From an uncultured Caulobacterales bacterium (GTDB lineage Bacteria > Pseudomonadota > Alphaproteobacteria > Caulobacterales > Maricaulaceae), in assembly GCA_964352785.1 (NCBI GenBank), contig CAYGTI010000017.1, forward strand, positions 4,494 to 68,493: a DNA stretch of 64,000 nucleotides. The letters are read 5' to 3'. The notes under the pieces are model-generated. The model did no database searches and had not been told where the DNA came from. It saw only the letters and a program-made list of their open reading frames with translations. The translations under genes and the position numbers were made by a program. Shown in pieces: positions 28,143-37,041 of the stretch (position 1 is its first letter; every line of letters begins with the position of its first letter).

Positions 28143-29646
28143 GCAGGCTGACATATCTTTGACGCGCTTGTCTTATGGGTTTGCCAAGCAGCACGGCGTC
28201 ATAGCTGTTATACAGAACGGGGCTGCGCTCCTCATCCGAAGGCAAGACACGACCTTGGCGGCTATGCTAGAGGCCCGCCGGGCGGCCGATATGCCTTTGC
28301 CAATTAAGAATGTTAGTGCGGCTGATTTTGAGGCTCTGCTGGCGAAAACCTACGCCCATGGTGATCTGACCGAAACGGCAGCCACAGCCATGGGCACTCC
28401 CGAAGATTTAAATGCACTGGCTGATAATTTACCGCGCACATCTGATTTGCTCGATAGCGAAGATGATGCGCCCGTCATTCGGTTGATCAACGGTATTCTC
28501 CAAGAAGCTATTCGTACGCGCGCCTCAGATATTCATATTGAGCCTTATGAAAATCGATTGGCCGTGCGCTTTCGTATTGATGGCGCGTTGCGCGATATGC
28601 TCAATCTTTCCTCGAAGTTGTCATCTGTTTTAGTCAGCCGGGTCAAGGTCATGGCGCAACTCGATATTGCCAAAAAACGTGTCCCGCAGGATGGGCGGTT
28701 CTCGCTGAACTTGGGCGAGCGCGCTGTTGACGTGCGGGTCTCTACGCTACCCTCACAATATGGCGAGCGGGTTGTGATGCGGATATTGGAAAAAACGAGC
28801 TCGCTGATGAACCTCTCTGACTTGGGGTTGCCAGCGTCTGAACTTGCGGCACTAGAGGCGGCGCTGCAAAAACCTAACGGAATTTTGCTTGTGTCCGGTC
28901 CTACGGGCGCGGGTAAAACCACAACACTTTATGCGGCGCTGAACAAACTTAATGATGGCTCACGCAATATTTTAACTGTCGAAGACCCGGTCGAATATGC
29001 GCTTGACGGGATTGGCCAGACGCAAGTCAATAACCGCGTAGGGATGAGTTTTGCGGCTGGACTGCGGGCTATCCTGCGCCAAGACCCGGATGTCGTTATG
29101 GTAGGCGAAATTCGCGATCCTGAAACCGCAGAAATTGCGGTTCAGGCCTCTTTGACGGGGCACCTTGTGCTCTCGACGGTTCACACCAACTCAGCCGTCG
29201 CGGCGATTACGCGGTTGCGGGATATGGGAATTGAGCCCTTTTTATTGGCATCCACTGTCACGGCGATTGCGGCGCAAAGGCTTGTTCGACGCCTCTGCGA
29301 GAGCTGTAAAGTGCCGTACACACCGACAGCGCGAGAGCGCCAAGATTTAGGGCTATCGGCCCGAGGCGAGGATATATTTTTTAAAGCGTCCGGTTGCGAG
29401 ACCTGTCATAATATTGGTTATGTTGGCCGTATCGGGCTTTATGAAATTGTGATTATGGATGATCACTTGCGGGCTATGATTCATGACGGCGCGCGCGAGG
29501 TGGACATGGCGTCCTATGCGTTTAAAAATCGCAAAACGCTGCTTGAGAGCGGCGCGGGTCATATTTTATCCGGCATCACCAGCGCTGAGGATGTGCTGCG
29601 GGTGTGCCGCTCCAAAACATCCGAGAGCGGCTTAGGGGATCTCTGA
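28135..29646 (+). CDS. gspE: type II secretion system ATPase GspE
   Basis: 503 aa with Walker A SGPTGAGKTTT, Asp/His boxes (TVEDPVEY, DPDVVMVGEIRD, GHLVLSTVHTN) and the tetracysteine motif CESC...CETC. Confidence 0.95.
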   Translation: MSEQADISLTRLSYGFAKQHGVIAVIQNGAALLIRRQDTTLAAMLEARRAADMPLPIKNVSAADFEALLAKTYAHGDLTETAATAMGTPEDLNALADNLPRTSDLLDSEDDAPVIRLINGILQEAIRTRASDIHIEPYENRLAVRFRIDGALRDMLNLSSKLSSVLVSRVKVMAQLDIAKKRVPQDGRFSLNLGERAVDVRVSTLPSQYGERVVMRILEKTSSLMNLSDLGLPASELAALEAALQKPNGILLVSGPTGAGKTTTLYAALNKLNDGSRNILTVEDPVEYALDGIGQTQVNNRVGMSFAAGLRAILRQDPDVVMVGEIRDPETAEIAVQASLTGHLVLSTVHTNSAVAAITRLRDMGIEPFLLASTVTAIAAQRLVRRLCESCKVPYTPTARERQDLGLSARGEDIFFKASGCETCHNIGYVGRIGLYEIVIMDDHLRAMIHDGAREVDMASYAFKNRKTLLESGAGHILSGITSAEDVLRVCRSKTSESGLGDL

Positions 29647-30851
29647 TGGAGACCTTTGACTATGCAGCCATTGATGCGGCAGGTAAGCGCCTCACCGGGT
29701 CTGTTTCAGCGTCTACGGCCCGAGAGGCTCGCGATATTTTAAGAGCGCAGACGCTGACGCCCATTGACCTTAAAGCGGCCAAAATAAAGACCGTGTCGGG
29801 CTTGTCGTTTGACCGAAAAGTCAGCCACAAAGATGTCACTCAAGCGACGCGGCAAATCGCTATTTTGATTGATGCGGCCACGCCGGTAGAAGAAGCCTTA
29901 AAGGTCACGGCGCTGCAATTTGAGCGCTCGCCCATGCGCCAAGTTCTACTCGATGTGCGGGCGAAAGTTTTAGAAGGCGAGCGGCTGTCAGGCGCTATGC
30001 GGTTTTACCCCAAAACATTCTCTTCGCTTTACACCGGAATGGTAGCCTCCGGCGAAACCTCAGGGCGGCTAGCGGATGTGATGGACCGCCTGGCCAGCGA
30101 CATGGAAGCGGCGCAAAAATTGCGCGGTAAAATCCTTGCAGCAACAGTTTACCCGATTGTTCTAACAATTGTGGCTTTGTCCGTGGTGACTATTTTGATG
30201 GTTTTTGTGGTGCCCAAAGTTGTCGCGCAATTTGACAGTTTTGGGCAGGATTTACCCGCGTTGACCAAAGCGGTTATTGCAATATCAGCTTGGATGAAGG
30301 CGTATGGCGTTTTTGTGTTGATATTACTTTTTGTTGTAGGCTTTGCCGGATTTCAAGCGCTTAAGCGCCCTCACGTGCAAAGGCGTTGGCATAGATTTAT
30401 TCTGCAGCTCCCGCTAATTGGCCGTTTATCTCGAAATCTAAATGCCGCGCGGTTTGCCCGCACTATTGCGGGCCTCATCCAAAGCGGGACGCCCGCTCTG
30501 ACAGCGATGGAGACCGCGCGTCACACGCTACGGAACAGCTTGATGCGAGACGCGGTAGAAAGCGCGTCGCTTAAGATTCGCGAAGGAACGTCTATGAGCG
30601 CGGCTTTACGCGCAACCAAAGTCTTCCCGCCGCTTGTTGTGCAGATGGTGGCGGGCGGCGAGGCGGGCGGCGATGTTGGAAAGATGTTCGCCAAGTCTGC
30701 TGATTACCTTGAAGGTGAATTTGAAAATACAACAAATATATTTTTGAACCTACTGGAACCGCTCATCATTATCGTTTTGGGCGTCATCGTGCTATTAATT
30801 ATAGGCGCAATAATTCTACCGATTTTACGGCTTAATACGTTGGCATTTTAA
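29646..30851 (+). CDS. gspF: type II secretion system inner-membrane platform protein GspF
   Basis: GspF/PilC duplicated cytoplasmic domain with three TM segments. The start is set at ATG 29646 (METFDYAAIDAAGKR), overlapping the gspE TGA by 1 nt. Confidence 0.9.
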   Translation: METFDYAAIDAAGKRLTGSVSASTAREARDILRAQTLTPIDLKAAKIKTVSGLSFDRKVSHKDVTQATRQIAILIDAATPVEEALKVTALQFERSPMRQVLLDVRAKVLEGERLSGAMRFYPKTFSSLYTGMVASGETSGRLADVMDRLASDMEAAQKLRGKILAATVYPIVLTIVALSVVTILMVFVVPKVVAQFDSFGQDLPALTKAVIAISAWMKAYGVFVLILLFVVGFAGFQALKRPHVQRRWHRFILQLPLIGRLSRNLNAARFARTIAGLIQSGTPALTAMETARHTLRNSLMRDAVESASLKIREGTSMSAALRATKVFPPLVVQMVAGGEAGGDVGKMFAKSADYLEGEFENTTNIFLNLLEPLIIIVLGVIVLLIIGAIILPILRLNTLAF

Positions 30852-30856
30852 GTCTT

Positions 30857-31315
30857 ATGGAGATGATTATGAAAAAGTTTAAGAAGAAACACACCCTCCG
30901 CGATCAGGGTTTTACACTCGTTGAGGTCATGGTTGTTATGGTGATTATCGGTTTGCTGGCCACATTCGTTGTGATCAATGTTCTGCCCAGCCAAGACAAA
31001 GCGATGGTGCAAAAGGCCAAGGCGGACATTCGTTTGCTCGAGCAAGCTCTCGAGATGTACCGTTTGGATATGCTGGACTATCCCGACCCTGATGCCGGAT
31101 TGTTGGCCTTAAAGGCATTGCCAGCGGGAAGTGAAAATGTAGACCGTTACCGCGAAGGTGGCTACGTGAAATTTTTGCCGGATGATCCGTGGGGCCGTCC
31201 TTATCTTTACGTCTATCCAGGTGAAAACGGCGTTTTTGATATTATGTCATACGGATCGGACGGGCAGCCTGGCGGTGAAAAACAAGCCGCAGACATTGTA
31301 AGCTGGCAACAATAA
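30857..31315 (+). CDS. gspG: type II secretion system major pseudopilin GspG
   Basis: Prepilin leader and cleavage motif ...RDQG|FTLVEVMVVMVIIGLLA, and the GspG C-terminal signature DPWGRPYLYVYPGENGVFDIMSYGSDGQPGG. Confidence 0.95.
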   Translation: MEMIMKKFKKKHTLRDQGFTLVEVMVVMVIIGLLATFVVINVLPSQDKAMVQKAKADIRLLEQALEMYRLDMLDYPDPDAGLLALKALPAGSENVDRYREGGYVKFLPDDPWGRPYLYVYPGENGVFDIMSYGSDGQPGGEKQAADIVSWQQ

Positions 31316-31785
31316 GACGCGCGGCCCGCATATCACAGGCGGGATTCACGCTCGTCGAAGTTTTAACTGTCTTGGTTATTATCGGGCTGGTGTCCAGCGC
31401 TGTTGTTTTAACATTGCCCGGCGATAAGCCTGCAGAAGAGACCTATGCGAAACAATTAGTACGCGGGTCCAACGCCATGTCTCAATCCAGTTTACTGACA
31501 GGCATGCCTTCGGCGCTTGGCTTATCCGAGGATGGTTACGCGCTCATGGTTTTTGAAAACGGCACTTGGGTTGTGAAGTCAGAGCAAGCTCTACCCGAGG
31601 GTGTCCGTCTGACGTTTGAGAGAGAGGCACTCCCGGTGAAGCTTTCCGAAGACATAATGCCCGCTGCTATTTTTGAACCGTCCGGCCAAGCAACTGTGTT
31701 CTCCTTGGTGCTTTCGGGGCCGCAAAGACGCTATGAGCTTATTAGTCGTGGTGATGGACGTGTTGTTTTGGAGAGAGCTTCGTGA
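31312..31785 (+). CDS. gspH: type II secretion system minor pseudopilin GspH
   Basis: The prepilin motif QAG|FTLVEVLTVLVIIGL is encoded at 31336..31380, upstream of the track's TTG start (31372). The frame opens at 31279 with no ATG/GTG/TTG. ATA 31312 overlaps the gspG stop (ATAA) and gives a textbook leader (M)RRAARISQAG|F. CTG 31303 is the alternative. Confidence 0.7.
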   Translation: MRRAARISQAGFTLVEVLTVLVIIGLVSSAVVLTLPGDKPAEETYAKQLVRGSNAMSQSSLLTGMPSALGLSEDGYALMVFENGTWVVKSEQALPEGVRLTFEREALPVKLSEDIMPAAIFEPSGQATVFSLVLSGPQRRYELISRGDGRVVLERAS

Positions 31786-32156
31786 TGCCGCGTAAGCCTA
31801 AAAACCAAGCAGGGTTTACTCTGATAGAAGTGCTCGCCGCGCTGCTTGTGTTCTCTATTGCTATTATTGGCCTGACCCACGCCGGCACGGAAAGTGCTCG
31901 CGCTGTTGCGGCCATCAATGATAAAACACTCGCTGGTATTGTCGCAGACAATCAGCTGATTATGGCGCGCCGCACGTTTCCGCAAACCGGAGTGACCTCC
32001 GGTGAGGTTGCTGCGATGTCGCGTGAATTTATTTATGATGTTGAGACGACACAGACAGATGCGAGTGATCTCTACCGCTTAACCGTCAAAGTTCGGGCAA
32101 AGAGCCGCGACCAAATAATTGTTGAACGCACAGCCTTTCAGGCGGGAACGCCGTGA
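31782..32156 (+). CDS. gspI: type II secretion system minor pseudopilin GspI
   Basis: 124 aa with the prepilin motif NQAG|FTLIEVLAALLVFSIAIIGL. The gene order supports the call. The start is GTG 31782 or ATG 31785, overlapping the gspH stop. Confidence 0.85.
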   Translation: MMPRKPKNQAGFTLIEVLAALLVFSIAIIGLTHAGTESARAVAAINDKTLAGIVADNQLIMARRTFPQTGVTSGEVAAMSREFIYDVETTQTDASDLYRLTVKVRAKSRDQIIVERTAFQAGTP

Positions 32157-32791
32157 GCGCGCCGCGCCGTGATGCTGGCTTTACACTTGTTGAAGTGCTG
32201 ATCGCGATGTTTATTTTCGCGCTTATCTCCGCTGGGACCATGACTGCGCTGACTTCCACGCTACGGGGCAAGGCGCAAATGAATGAATGGCTAGATGATA
32301 TTAGCCGTATTGATTCCGCGCGCGCGCTCATGCGCTCAGACTTTTCCAACCTTTGGTTGCTGCCTGTTCGGGATGCTTACGGCAGTAACGAACTCTATGT
32401 CATGTCAGGCGGGGTTGATAATTTGATAGAATTCACCCGGGCGGGACGCAGCAACCCAGGAGGACTTGATGCGCGGAGCGAATTTCAACGGGTGAGTTAT
32501 GTCTTTGAAAATGGTGATCTTATCCGGCGCAGTCTTGTGCATGATAATCCTGCGCCTCAAACGCGGGCCATAGATCGTGTCCTGCTCAGCGGCCTTGAGG
32601 CCGTCTCTGTAAGATTTCATTTGCGTGTTGGCGGGACTGATCAACCCTCAAATTCGCGCCAACCTGACCTTGTGCAAGATTATATCTTGGTTGAAGCGGG
32701 GCAAACCCAAACCTTGCCTTACATTGTGAGTGTGGATGCCGCATTTAAAAATGGTGATAGATTGGTTCAACATTTTGAGCTGAGCCTATGA
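32153..32791 (+). CDS. gspJ: type II secretion system minor pseudopilin GspJ
   Basis: 212 aa with the prepilin motif RRDAG|FTLVEVLIAMFIFALISAG. GTGA overlap with gspI. Confidence 0.85.
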   Translation: MSAPRRDAGFTLVEVLIAMFIFALISAGTMTALTSTLRGKAQMNEWLDDISRIDSARALMRSDFSNLWLLPVRDAYGSNELYVMSGGVDNLIEFTRAGRSNPGGLDARSEFQRVSYVFENGDLIRRSLVHDNPAPQTRAIDRVLLSGLEAVSVRFHLRVGGTDQPSNSRQPDLVQDYILVEAGQTQTLPYIVSVDAAFKNGDRLVQHFELSL

Positions 32792-33780
32792 CCCGCTCAA
32801 ACAAAGAAGACGGTGCTGTCCTTCTCACGACCCTGCTCGTCATGGGCCTTATGGCAGCGTTGGCTGTGGCTCTGATCGAAGATGTACGATTTGCAGTTAA
32901 ACGTACGGGACATGTTCAGGCCTACGCGCAAGCCGACTGGTATGCTCAGGGCGCAGAGGCATTCGCGCAGACTTATCTCTCAAATCAGATCAAAAATTTG
33001 GACGGATCACAACTCAACACGATTATTCTGAACGCAGATCCAATAATTTTTCCTTATGAGGGCGGCGCGATGTCGTTAAGTCTTCAGGATGGATCAGGGT
33101 GCTTTGACTTGAGGCAGCTCTCAACCGAGCCTGGGCGTAAAGTCTTTCGGCAGCTTTTAACCGTTCTTGGATGGAACCCGGCGACTGCGGCGCGCCTCAC
33201 GTCAATTGCCATAGATTGGCAAGATGTGGACAGTCAGGTTTTGCCCGACGGAGCGGAAGACTACACCTATCTTGGACGACAGCCCGCTTACCGCACGCCC
33301 AATCGGGAGTTTGCTAGCATCACAGAGCTGCGCGCGCTGGAGACAATGACAGAGGCGAAATATCAAACCTTAAGGCCTTTTGTTTGCGCGCGCGGGGCAA
33401 GCGGCAACAGTACATCTGCCGGCGGCATCAATATTAATACGTTGACGCCTCGCGGCATGCCTTTGTTGGCGGCCGTTCTTGGCGGCGTTGACGGGATGCA
33501 GGTTGCGCAGCAACTGGTCACACAGCGCCCTGCCGGTGGATATGTTGACGAGGCACAGTTTCTCGCAGCGCCGGCCTTGGAGGGATTTACGATAAAACCC
33601 GAGATGGCTGTGGTGACATATGTGCCAGACTATATCCGTATTGAAGCCGACATCGTATATCTTCAAGCGCGGCGGCGAGCAGCCTATGAATTTTCGATTG
33701 AAGGCAGCGCAGCCGTCCGTATATATCGCGGGTTCGGAGACGAGGCTATGCGCCCCAGATTGGATACCCCGCCGACATGA
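32788..33780 (+). CDS. gspK: type II secretion system minor pseudopilin GspK
   Basis: 330 aa with a GspK-like N-terminus (GAVLLTTLLVMGLMAALAVAL.ED) and a helix-hairpin-helix-like C-terminal part. ATGA overlap with gspJ. Confidence 0.85.
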   Translation: MTRSNKEDGAVLLTTLLVMGLMAALAVALIEDVRFAVKRTGHVQAYAQADWYAQGAEAFAQTYLSNQIKNLDGSQLNTIILNADPIIFPYEGGAMSLSLQDGSGCFDLRQLSTEPGRKVFRQLLTVLGWNPATAARLTSIAIDWQDVDSQVLPDGAEDYTYLGRQPAYRTPNREFASITELRALETMTEAKYQTLRPFVCARGASGNSTSAGGININTLTPRGMPLLAAVLGGVDGMQVAQQLVTQRPAGGYVDEAQFLAAPALEGFTIKPEMAVVTYVPDYIRIEADIVYLQARRRAAYEFSIEGSAAVRIYRGFGDEAMRPRLDTPPT

Positions 33781-34835
33781 GTGATGATCTATATATATGG
33801 CTTGCTGAGGATATGTCCGGGCCTTGGTATTGGCGCTGCGGAGACGCAGCGGGCCTAGCGGGTAATGACATGGATAAAACAAAACTTGCTGACTTCGGAG
33901 CCAAGATCGTGAGCGCCGTTGTGCCGGGGCAGTCAGTGCGGATGCTAACGCACGACTTACCTAAGATGAGCGGCGCGGAGCAACGCGCCGCGGCCAGTTT
34001 TGCCATCGAAGATCAAATTGCACTGCCTTTACCTGATCAACACATTGTCCTGGGCCCCAGCCAAGACAAACGGATCGCCTTGATCACCAAGAGTAAAATG
34101 TCTGAAATTTTATCTGCGCTGCGCTCGCAGGGTTTGCGCCCCGGGGGCGTGTACGCTGACTTTGACGTTCTGCAAAGTGATGCGCCTGTGTTGCTGCCGG
34201 ATCGCCTCATTCATCCTGGGCCTTTGGGGTATGCGCTGGACCGGGATTGGGCCAATAGTGAGCAAGACGAAGAGCATCCAAACGCTGTTTTGGCCAGAAT
34301 TAATACTCAAGCAGCAGTGAATTTGATGACGGATGAATTTGCGCCAAAGAGCGCCTTCAGTTTAAAGCCCGCTCAAATGATGCGCGTCGCGGCTTTGTTG
34401 TTGGCTGTAGGCATTGTGTCCTTGGTGCTTGTTGCCGGGCAAAGCCGGGCCGTGTTTAAGCAAGCAGATTATATACGGGCGCAAACCGCCGAAATGTATT
34501 CTGATTATACAGGGCAACCCGCGCCCGCAAATCCAGCCTTGTCAGTTACGCGCGCCGTAAAGAACTCTGGCGGGGAAACCTCTGACTTTCTCGCGCTCTC
34601 GAGCCTTTTGTTCAAAGCTCTTGAAACATCAGACGGAATTACCGTCGATACGCTCCAATTTGACAATGCACAAAACAGATTGACGCTACGGCTTGTCTAT
34701 CCCCGGTTTGAAAGTGCGAGCGGGCTTGAACAATCCGTGCGTGCGGCGGGGGGTGAGTTTCGCTCGGGCGGCGTGCGCGAGCAGGGCGGGCGTCTTATCG
34801 GAGATGCGGTTTTGAGCGTTGGAGGCGGATCATGA
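33777..34835 (+). CDS. gspL: type II secretion system protein GspL
   Basis: 352 aa with a cytoplasmic actin-like domain, a single TM helix (MMRVAALLLAVGIVSLVLVAG) and a periplasmic domain. Position and ATGA coupling support the call. Confidence 0.8.
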   Translation: MSDDLYIWLAEDMSGPWYWRCGDAAGLAGNDMDKTKLADFGAKIVSAVVPGQSVRMLTHDLPKMSGAEQRAAASFAIEDQIALPLPDQHIVLGPSQDKRIALITKSKMSEILSALRSQGLRPGGVYADFDVLQSDAPVLLPDRLIHPGPLGYALDRDWANSEQDEEHPNAVLARINTQAAVNLMTDEFAPKSAFSLKPAQMMRVAALLLAVGIVSLVLVAGQSRAVFKQADYIRAQTAEMYSDYTGQPAPANPALSVTRAVKNSGGETSDFLALSSLLFKALETSDGITVDTLQFDNAQNRLTLRLVYPRFESASGLEQSVRAAGGEFRSGGVREQGGRLIGDAVLSVGGGS

Positions 34836-35287
34836 CCTTTTTAGCGGACAGAACACCGCGCGAGCGGATATTGGTTATGACGGCTCTCGCACTTGTGATT
34901 TTATTCGCGGGTTGGCAGTTTGGAATCAAACCTATCTTCGAGCGCAAAGCCGAGGCCGAGCAGGCGGTTGCAAACGCGCAGCGGGATATGGATATTGTGC
35001 GTTTAGGCCTTCCAAAAATTAGCACGGCTGCCACGTCTAATTTACAAGCATTCAACCGCGACGCCGCGATACAAACAGCCATACGTTTACAGCTTAACAT
35101 AGCGCGTATGCAGCCATCAGGAAATAACGGGCTGCAAATTTGGTTTGAAAATACGCAAAGTTTGACCGTGTACAGATTTATGACTGAGCTTACGGCCTCA
35201 CATAATGTTGCGATTCAGCGTGTGCAAATGACAGGCCGTGAGAACGGCTTTGTGAGCGCGCAAGTGACCTTGGCACCTATTTCATGA
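34832..35287 (+). CDS. gspM: type II secretion system protein GspM
   Basis: 151 aa with an N-terminal TM helix (RILVMTALALVILFAGW) followed by a short periplasmic domain. Gene order supports the call. Confidence 0.8.
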   Translation: MTFLADRTPRERILVMTALALVILFAGWQFGIKPIFERKAEAEQAVANAQRDMDIVRLGLPKISTAATSNLQAFNRDAAIQTAIRLQLNIARMQPSGNNGLQIWFENTQSLTVYRFMTELTASHNVAIQRVQMTGRENGFVSAQVTLAPIS

Positions 35288-35988
35288 AAAAACTTGCCGT
35301 TTTAGCGGTTTTTTGCTCCGCGCTTATGGGGCTTGTTTTGCATTTTCCGTTATCATGGATTGGCGCTTTGGTCCTGCCAAAAAACATATCTCCGAAGCCT
35401 GTTTTGTCCGGCACGGTCTGGCAAGGTAGCGTCAGCGGAATACCGCAAATCGGCGTGATCCATACATACGTCTCGGTGATAAATTTATTTACAGGACAGC
35501 CGCCTTTGTCATTTGAGTCGCGCGCGCCGTACTTGCAATTTTCCGGAACTGCGGGCATCAAAGGGTCCATAGCCGTCTCTTTGCAGGGCGATGTTCTGGG
35601 TATGACGTCTATTGATCGGCGGTTTTCAGGTCTACGGGGAACCTATTCGCTCACGCTCTCAGACATGATTTCTGGTAGTGGCTGCGAGGTGGCGTCCGGT
35701 ACATTCACAAGTGATATTTTGCAGCGTAACCGCGACGTGTGGAGGTGGCTGGGACCAGCCTTATCTGGGCCTGTAAGCTGTGAAGCAGGGGATGTGGTTC
35801 TTAATGTTAGCGGGCGTGATAATATGAATGATATTCAGGCAATTATTCGTATTGGGCCGTCTGGAACCTACCGGGCTGAGATTGATGTCACCACACAAGA
35901 CCCAAATATTGATACGGTATTGCCAATTTTTGGATTTCAAAAAAATGGCCCATCCTACAGATTATTGGAGGCGGGACGGTGGTATTAA
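35284..35988 (+). CDS. gspN: type II secretion system protein GspN
   Basis: 234 aa with an N-terminal anchor MKKLAVLAVFCSALMGLVL. It is the last canonical position of the operon. Confidence 0.7.
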   Translation: MKKLAVLAVFCSALMGLVLHFPLSWIGALVLPKNISPKPVLSGTVWQGSVSGIPQIGVIHTYVSVINLFTGQPPLSFESRAPYLQFSGTAGIKGSIAVSLQGDVLGMTSIDRRFSGLRGTYSLTLSDMISGSGCEVASGTFTSDILQRNRDVWRWLGPALSGPVSCEAGDVVLNVSGRDNMNDIQAIIRIGPSGTYRAEIDVTTQDPNIDTVLPIFGFQKNGPSYRLLEAGRWY

Positions 35989-36449
35989 GATGGCTATACA
36001 GCGCGCTATCTTGCGCTATATTTGCTGCGGGGTGTACGACCTTGCCAAGTATCCCTGCGTCTGTTGTCGCAGGGCCAGAGAGTGCTCTTACCCGTCTTTC
36101 GCCGATCACGTTGGGCGCGGGTGAATGCGGGCTTTTCGTTTGGACGGCCAGCGCGCAAAAGCGGTTTGTTTTGTTCAGTCAATCGCAAGAGGGAACGGGC
36201 GTATGGGTCAGTGAAAGCGGCGAGGAAAACCTAACGATAGATCAACAAGAGGGCACGTCCGCCCATAGTCAACGGCCAAAAATAGAGTTTAGAACGCCGC
36301 GTCAAGAACGGCTGGAACTGGACTTACGTCAAAGCCAAGCCATTACTGACGGGATGCGTTATAAGTCGGGAACGTTGACATTGACGTCTTTGGAGGGGTG
36401 GGAAAAGGTAACGCCCGTCGTCGGTTTATCGGCCTGTCAGGCCTTATAA
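35979..36449 (+). CDS. hypothetical lipoprotein, translationally overlapping gspN
   Basis: 156 aa with a GTG start 10 nt inside gspN and the lipobox IFAAGC. I recognise no family. Confidence 0.5.
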   Translation: MVLRWLYSALSCAIFAAGCTTLPSIPASVVAGPESALTRLSPITLGAGECGLFVWTASAQKRFVLFSQSQEGTGVWVSESGEENLTIDQQEGTSAHSQRPKIEFRTPRQERLELDLRQSQAITDGMRYKSGTLTLTSLEGWEKVTPVVGLSACQAL

Positions 36450-36537
36450 TGTATTTCACGTTTAGTCGTACTTAGATCGCAATGGGGAAATGAGTGAGAA
36501 AAGCCCAATTTCCTATTCACGAGAATTGCGCTAATGT

Positions 36538-37041
36538 TTATGAGATTAAAGCCGCCGTCCAAACCATGAAAATACCCAGCGCAAGACATGGCCCAAAGGG
36601 AATGCGTCCTTCGTCGGCGAGTTTGCGAAACGACGGAAACATAAGCGCAGCCAGTCCCATACCGCTCGCAATTAAAACAATGAACGGCAGTCCGTACCAG
36701 CCGCACCATGCTCCGCCCGCAGCCAGCAGTTTGGCGTCGCCTCGTCCAAGGCCGTCAACGCCACGTAGCTTCTTGAATGCGATTTCAATCAGCACAAAAA
36801 CGCCGTAACCAATAGCTGCGCCTAGGAGACTGGCTTTTATGTTGCCGGTGAGCACCCATGATTGCAAAATACCCATAAGAATAAGTGGCAGTGTCAGATT
36901 GTTTGGCAGACGAAAGGTCTTTAAATCAATCCATGACAAGACCGCCAAGATTCCGAAAAGCACCGCTGTAAAAATATAGATCAAATCGATTATGTCCGGG
37001 GCTTGCGGCGTGGAAAAGACCAACCAAACAAAAGCGCGCAT
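36538..37041 (-). CDS. A24-family prepilin peptidase, short form without the N-terminal methyltransferase/zinc-finger domain
   Basis: This is the C-terminal 167 aa of track ORF 36538..37428. The first catalytic Asp context is LSWIDLKTFRLPN and the second is GLGRGDAKLLAAGGAW, across about 5 TM helices. The start is set at MRAFVWLVF (comp 37039..37041), because the upstream 129 codons are R/C/H-rich and overlap the TRIC gene. Confidence 0.7.
   Translation of the reverse strand: MRAFVWLVFSTPQAPDIIDLIYIFTAVLFGILAVLSWIDLKTFRLPNNLTLPLILMGILQSWVLTGNIKASLLGAAIGYGVFVLIEIAFKKLRGVDGLGRGDAKLLAAGGAWCGWYGLPFIVLIASGMGLAALMFPSFRKLADEGRIPFGPCLALGIFMVWTAALIS

Noticed and set aside
31372-31374. TTG given by the ORF track as the gspH start
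   Set aside because: It lies inside the pseudopilin hydrophobic helix, downstream of the in-frame G|FTLVE prepilin cleavage motif, so that start would give a non-processable protein.
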